In this document: positions 27,735-32,000 of the stretch, piece after piece | How positions within the stretch are numbered: the first letter of the stretch is position 1 | Layout of the letters: every line of letters starts with the position of its first letter | Assembly (NCBI RefSeq): GCF_003323735.1 | Contig: NZ_QOIM01000039.1 | Span: 39,349-71,348, forward strand | Length of the DNA: 32,000 nucleotides | Reading direction: 5' to 3' | From: Streptomyces reniochalinae | Lineage (GTDB): Bacteria > Actinomycetota > Actinomycetes > Streptomycetales > Streptomycetaceae | Program-made: the position numbers and the translations under genes | Notes under the pieces: model-generated | The model's database searches: none | The model's input: only the letters and a program-made list of their open reading frames with translations | What the model was told of the DNA's origin: nothing

Positions 27735-29291
27735 ATGTCAGACACGACTGCCGACGGCAAGGCCGCGCCGACGGTGTCCGCAGCGGGCAACGACCGCTAC
27801 ATCAAGCTAGGCATCGGCGGCCTCCTGCTCGGCATGTTCCTCGGCATGATGGACAACTTCATCGTGAGCACCGCACTGCCGAAGATCGTCGAGGATCTGG
27901 GCGGACTGAAGTCCCTGGCCTGGGTGATCACGGCGTATTCGCTGGCCATCGCGGCGTCCACGCAGGTCTGGGGCAAGCTGAGCGACCTGTACGACCGCAA
28001 GATGATCTATCTGCTGTCGGTGGTGCTCTTCCTTGCCGGGTCGATGCTGTGCGGCCTGGCGCAGGACATGACCCAGCTGATCGTGTTCCGCACCCTGCAA
28101 GGGTTCGGAGCCGGCGGGCTGGTGGTCGGCGCCCTGTCGATCACCAGCGTGATGCTGACCCCGCAGGAGTCGGCGAAGGTCGGGTCGTGGACCGGGCTGC
28201 TGATGGGGGTCTCACTCGTCGGCGGGCCGTTGATCGGTGGCCTCGTCACCGACGCGTGGAGCTGGCACTGGATCTTCTACATCAACGTGCCCTTCGGCAT
28301 CGTCTGCGTCCTCGCGACGATCGTCGGCGTCCGGCTGCCCGCCGCGCCGAAGAAGAAGGTGCGGATCGACTACCTCGGCATGATCCTGCTGACCGCGGGG
28401 GTCGTCTGCCTCACGCTCGTGACGACCTGGGCGGGAAACAGCTACGCGTGGGGGTCCACGCGGATCATCGGCCTCATCACCGCCGGAGTGATCGCGCTCG
28501 CCGCGCTGGTGTGGGTGCAGCAGCGCGTGGCCGAACCCATCCTGCCGCTGCGGCTGTTCCGGCACCACAACTTCACCCTCGCCCAGATCCTGGGCTTCAT
28601 CTTCGGCGTGGCCATGGTCGTGCCGGTCACCTTCCTGCCGCTGTACGCCCAGAACGCCAAGGGCATCAGCTCGATCAGCAGCGGCCTCCTGCTGCTCCCG
28701 ATGATGGTCGGGATGGTGCTGATGATGAGGAGGGGGTCGGCGTGGATCCGCCGCACCGGACGCTTCCGCATCCTCCCGATCATCGGCAGCGCCGCCATCA
28801 CGGTCGGCATGGTCCTGCTGCTCCTGTTCAGCCCCGGGACGAACACACTGCTCGGCGCCCTGTACATGGTGCCGATCGGTGTCGGGCTCGGCTGTCTCAT
28901 CCAGAACACGGTGCTGATCACCCGCACGTCCGTCGAACCGCGCGACATGGGCGCTGCCATGGGGGTGGGTTCGCTGACCCGGACGCTCGGCACGGGCATG
29001 GGGGTGGCGCTCTTCGGCGCGCTGTACGCAGGCCGGTTGAGCAGCAGTCTGAGCGACAAGATCGGTTCGCGGGACGCGTCCGCACTGGTCTCGTCGGGCA
29101 GTGAGGACCAGTCGGACCTGGTCAGTCAGATGCCGGCGCGGGTCCAGGAAGCATGGGCGAGCGCGGTCACCGACGGCCTGCACGTGGTGGCGATCGCCGG
29201 TGTGGTCGCCGGGGTCATCGCGCTGGTGTCCGCGGTACTCGTCCGTGAGGTTCCGCTCGGCCCCCCGCCGGCGCCTCCCCAGAGTTCCTGA
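27735..29291 (+). CDS. MFS transporter, DHA2 (EmrB/QacA-like, 14-TMS type) drug:H+ antiporter
   Basis: 518 aa counted from the ATG at 27735 (RBS AGGAAGGA). The track ORF start at 27270 overlaps tetR out of frame. Evidence includes MDNFIVSTALPKIVEDLGG, the motif-A-like GKLSDLYDRKMIYL, and many hydrophobic segments consistent with about 14 TM helices. Confidence 0.9.
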   Translation: MSDTTADGKAAPTVSAAGNDRYIKLGIGGLLLGMFLGMMDNFIVSTALPKIVEDLGGLKSLAWVITAYSLAIAASTQVWGKLSDLYDRKMIYLLSVVLFLAGSMLCGLAQDMTQLIVFRTLQGFGAGGLVVGALSITSVMLTPQESAKVGSWTGLLMGVSLVGGPLIGGLVTDAWSWHWIFYINVPFGIVCVLATIVGVRLPAAPKKKVRIDYLGMILLTAGVVCLTLVTTWAGNSYAWGSTRIIGLITAGVIALAALVWVQQRVAEPILPLRLFRHHNFTLAQILGFIFGVAMVVPVTFLPLYAQNAKGISSISSGLLLLPMMVGMVLMMRRGSAWIRRTGRFRILPIIGSAAITVGMVLLLLFSPGTNTLLGALYMVPIGVGLGCLIQNTVLITRTSVEPRDMGAAMGVGSLTRTLGTGMGVALFGALYAGRLSSSLSDKIGSRDASALVSSGSEDQSDLVSQMPARVQEAWASAVTDGLHVVAIAGVVAGVIALVSAVLVREVPLGPPPAPPQSS

Positions 29292-29310
29292 CCATCCGCC
29301 GCCCCCCCAC

Positions 29311-29351
29311 AGCGTGCCGTGCGCGGGCACTTCGCCCGCGCACGGCACGCT
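29311..29351 (+). terminator. Perfect 18-bp stem / 5-nt loop hairpin 20 nt after the MFS stop
   Basis: AGCGTGCCGTGCGCGGGC (29311-29328), loop ACTTC, GCCCGCGCACGGCACGCT (29334-29351). The arms are exact reverse complements. There is no U-tract. Confidence 0.7.
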
Positions 29352-29604
29352 CCGCGGCCTGTTCCAGCTCTCCCGAAAAGTGATTCGGTAATTTTCGCCG
29401 TATCACTCCACCGGAATCCAAATGCGCGATACATTCAGTGGTCGGCGCTGAGATGTGTCCGGCCTCGCGCCTCCTCCACGAGAATGCGCGGTCACGGGAG
29501 ACCGACCGATCCCACAGGCGCATCTGACGCCGGATAATCCCTCTCCCTCCCCGTTCACTTGCCCAAGAAATCGTGCAACCGGACTGTGGAAAGGCCTGAT
29601 CGAG

Positions 29605-30804
29605 TTGACAGACGTCGAGAACAAGGACCTGCTGACAGCACTGCCGATGGAAAGGGACGACAAATGCCCTTTCGACCCGCCCCCCGGGTTGCGGGAGGGG
29701 CGGCCGTTGCGCCGCATGGTGTACCCGGACGGCCACGTCGGCTGGCTGGCCACCGGACACGCGGTGGTGCGCGCGGTGCTCTCCGACTCCCGCTTCAGCT
29801 CCCGGCACGAGCTGATCCACGAGCCGATCGCTGGCATGGAGGGCCCGGGCGGGGAACGTGACGCCGCGCCGATCGGCGACATGACCGGCATCGACCCGCC
29901 CGAGCACACCCGCTTCCGCCAGCTGCTGGTGGGCAAGTTCACCGTGCGCCGGATGCGGCTGCTCACCCAGCGCATGGAGGAGATAGCCCGCGACCAGCTG
30001 GACGTGATGGCCGAACACGGCGCGCCCGCCGACCTGTGGACCCTGTTCGCGCAGCCGGTTCCCGCGCTGATGCTGTGCGAACTGCTCGGCGTACCGCTGG
30101 ACGACCTCGACACCTTCCAGCGCCACACCCAGACGGCACTCACCCAGGACGGCAGGCCGGAGGAGGTGGGCATGGCCTTCCGGTCGCTGTACGGGTACAT
30201 GCGCAAGCTGGTGGCCGCCAAGCGGGCGGAGCCGACGGACGACCTGCTGTCCGACCTGACCGAGACGGACCTGACCGACGCCGAACTGGCCGGTATCAGC
30301 GTATTGCTGCTGGTCGCCGGGTTGGACACCACGGCGAGCGTGATCGGACTCGGCACGTTCGCGCTGCTGCGCAACCCGGACCAGCTGGCCGCCGTGCGCG
30401 ACGACCCGAGCCGGATCGACGACGTGGTGGAGGAGCTGCTCCGCTACACGTCCGTCGCTCCCAGGGCGGTGCGAGCGGCGCTGGAGGACGTTGAACTGGA
30501 CGGCCAGGTGATCAAGGCCGGCGAGTCGGTCACGGTGTCCATCGAGGCCGCCGACCGCGACCCCGAGCGGTTCCCCGACCCCAACAAGATCGACGTGTTC
30601 CGGCAGGCGAGCGGGCACCTGGCGTTCGGGCACGGCATCCACCAGTGCCTCGGCTCGCAGTTGGCCAGGATGGAACTGCGCGCGGCTTTCCCGGCGCTGC
30701 TGGAGCGGTTCCCGTCGCTGCGGCTCGCCGTGCCGGCGGAGGAGGTGCCGCTGCGCGCCAACATGAGCGTGTTCGGCGTGCGCGAGTTGCCCGTCGTCTG
30801 GTGA
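29605..30804 (+). CDS. Cytochrome P450 monooxygenase (macrolide-hydroxylase-like N-terminus)
   Basis: A probable TTG start at 29605 (GGAAAGG 10 nt upstream) gives MTDVENKDLLTALPMERDDKCPFDPPPGL, a typical actinomycete P450 N-terminus of 399 aa. Alternative starts are the ATG at 29647 and the track start at 29455, which lies in low-GC, non-coding-looking sequence. Motifs: I-helix VAGLDTT, ExxR ELLRY, heme loop FGHGIHQCLGSQLAR. Confidence 0.9.
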   Translation: MTDVENKDLLTALPMERDDKCPFDPPPGLREGRPLRRMVYPDGHVGWLATGHAVVRAVLSDSRFSSRHELIHEPIAGMEGPGGERDAAPIGDMTGIDPPEHTRFRQLLVGKFTVRRMRLLTQRMEEIARDQLDVMAEHGAPADLWTLFAQPVPALMLCELLGVPLDDLDTFQRHTQTALTQDGRPEEVGMAFRSLYGYMRKLVAAKRAEPTDDLLSDLTETDLTDAELAGISVLLLVAGLDTTASVIGLGTFALLRNPDQLAAVRDDPSRIDDVVEELLRYTSVAPRAVRAALEDVELDGQVIKAGESVTVSIEAADRDPERFPDPNKIDVFRQASGHLAFGHGIHQCLGSQLARMELRAAFPALLERFPSLRLAVPAEEVPLRANMSVFGVRELPVVW

Positions 30805-31006
30805 GCCGACGGCGCCGTACTCTGCGTTCGTCCTGGGGTGGGTAGGGGCAGAAATCTGGGGTGTGAACGAGGCGAGCATCCGGCCACAATCTGAAGCAGG
30901 CTCTTGGGTGCTGCCGCGCGATTCGTGGGTCGTGCACGGAAGAACTGATGCGGCGACCGAGCCACGATTTGCCCGCGTGCGCGTATTCACACTACGGAAG
31001 GTCACT

Positions 31007-32000
31007 GTGTCTCAGGAAACCTCAGCCGACTTCACCAAGGCCTACCGCGAAGAAATGAACCACATGCACGTGACCCGCCTGGTCGGGAGCGGTTGGTTCT
31101 CCCGGGCTCTGGCGGCCGCGGCCCGGCTCGGCATCGCGGACCTGGTGGCCGACCAGCCGCTGTCCGACGACGAGATCGCGGACAAGACGGACTCGGACCC
31201 CCGGGTGATGCGCCGGCTCATGCAGATGCTCACGTTCTGGGGCGTGTTCGTCCGGGACGAGGCGGGCCGGTACGTCCTGTCGGAGAACTTCGCACCGCTG
31301 CGCGACGACCACCCCTGGTCGATGCGGAACTACTGCATCCTGATGGCCGAGACCTACGACGACGCCTTCGGTGGCATCCTCGAGACGGTCCGGACCGGCA
31401 AGTCCGGCTTCCGGGCCGTCTTCGGCACCTCGCTGTACGAGTGGCTCGAACGTGAGGAGAACGCCGAGACGGCTGCGATCTTCGATCGGGCGATGGCGGA
31501 ACTCTCCCGTCCCGTGGCGGCTGTCCTGGCTCGGCAGCGCGACTTCTCCGACGTGAGGACGGTTGTCGACGTCGGCGGCGGCGGGGCGGGCATGGTCTCG
31601 GGCCTCGTCGCGGCGCACCCCCACCTCAAGGGTGTCTGCGCCGACCGCGCCTCGGTGTGCGAACGGGGCCCGGCGCAGCTCGAGAAGACGCTGAACGCCG
31701 ACGTCGCCGCGCGTGTCAGCTTCCAGCCCACGGACATCTTCGAGAGCGTTCCCGACGGCGGCGATCTCTACCTGCTCAAGAACGTCTTGCACGACTGGAC
31801 TCCGAAGAGCGGACTGCGGATCCTGACAGCGATCCACGCGGCGATGCGCCGTACCGCCGAGGCCGAGGGCAAATCCCCTCGTCTCCTGGTGATGGAGCCG
31901 CTGGTCGAGCAGGATGCCGACGCGGTGCGTGGCATGTTCCAGCTGGTGGTGTGCGAGGAGGGCACCCTGGGTTTGGACCAGGACGGCATCAGGGAGATCA
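31007..32000 (+). CDS. Class I SAM-dependent O-methyltransferase (Methyltransf_2 / COMT-like), 3' end outside the window
   Basis: This ORF is not in the supplied track because it has no stop in the window; I translated it by hand. From the GTG at 31007 (GGAAGG 5 nt upstream; alternative ATG at 31055) it reads VSQETSADFTKAYREEMNHMHVTRLVGSGWFSRALAAAARLGIADLV... It has an N-terminal dimerisation-type region, the SAM-binding VVDVGGGGAG, and the LLKNVLHDW motif. It remains open to position 32000. The 271-aa minus-strand track ORF at 31022-31837 is its shadow. Confidence 0.85.
   Translation, partial: MSQETSADFTKAYREEMNHMHVTRLVGSGWFSRALAAAARLGIADLVADQPLSDDEIADKTDSDPRVMRRLMQMLTFWGVFVRDEAGRYVLSENFAPLRDDHPWSMRNYCILMAETYDDAFGGILETVRTGKSGFRAVFGTSLYEWLEREENAETAAIFDRAMAELSRPVAAVLARQRDFSDVRTVVDVGGGGAGMVSGLVAAHPHLKGVCADRASVCERGPAQLEKTLNADVAARVSFQPTDIFESVPDGGDLYLLKNVLHDWTPKSGLRILTAIHAAMRRTAEAEGKSPRLLVMEPLVEQDADAVRGMFQLVVCEEGTLGLDQDGIREI

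Noticed and set aside
30835-30861. G-quadruplex-type motif GGGGTGGGTAGGGGCAGAAATCTGGGG in the P450-OMT spacer.
   Set aside because: Four G-tracts are present, but such motifs are frequent by chance in DNA this GC-rich. One loop is 9 nt long, and nothing else points to a function.
29215-31837. Minus-strand ORFs of 596 aa (29215-31005) and 271 aa (31022-31837), opposite the second P450 and the O-methyltransferase.
   Set aside because: The plus-strand frames carry complete P450 motifs (heme loop, ExxR, I-helix) and methyltransferase motifs (VVDVGGGGAG, LLKNVLHDW). The antisense products are low-complexity and Arg/Gly/Pro-rich.
1-32000. In-frame TTA (bldA-dependent) leucine codons as a regulatory signal.
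   Set aside because: I scanned the sequence by eye for TTA triplets. The few found (for example 5794-5796 and 8747-8749) are out of frame, being ctT ACg and cgT TAC. I saw no in-frame TTA in any called CDS. The scan was by eye and is not exhaustive.

Overview
High-GC actinomycete (Streptomyces-like) DNA; hand counts give about 70-74 % GC, with GC3 above 90 % in the long genes. The window holds the downstream part of a modular type I polyketide synthase (PKS) gene cluster. I cannot assign it to a characterised pathway from sequence alone. Gene order: type II thioesterase (1-762, +); a possible 63-codon leader ORF whose stop overlaps the PKS start (817-1008); PKS-1 (1008-11918: docking-KS-AT-KR-ACP / KS-AT-DH-ER-KR-ACP-docking); PKS-2 (11943-21485: docking-KS-AT-DH-KR-ACP / KS-AT-KR0-ACP, no TE); a perfect 21-bp hairpin; a membrane acyltransferase-3 family protein (21598-22767); cytochrome P450 (22850-24055); a perfect 23-bp hairpin between convergent genes; an FG-GAP/VCBS beta-propeller protein on the minus strand (24262-25185, start ambiguous up to 25356); aldehyde dehydrogenase (25531-26946); TetR regulator (27007-27621); DHA2-type MFS exporter (27735-29291); an 18-bp hairpin; a second P450 (29605-30804, probable TTG start); and a class I O-methyltransferase that runs off the window (31007 onward). 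I saw no rRNA, tRNA, CRISPR, transposase or integrase signatures. The points most worth a second look are: (i) the last PKS module has a KR that has lost its cofactor site and its catalytic Ser/Tyr signatures, an atypical PCP-like carrier core, and no TE, reductase or docking tail, which implies non-canonical off-loading of a 3-oxoacyl intermediate; (ii) the only branched-extender AT carries CAGH where YASH/HAFH normally sits; (iii) a membrane O-acyltransferase and an FG-GAP propeller of unknown role lie directly next to the TE-less PKS; (iv) KS1 has a 15-residue deletion, and the KR1 stereo-loop is replaced by a patch of rare codons; (v) several intergenic palindromes, direct repeats and promoter-like elements are present. 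Both PKS proteins start with docking helices and Cys-type KS domains, so the loading module and earlier modules must lie outside the window, and all pathway-level statements are inference.
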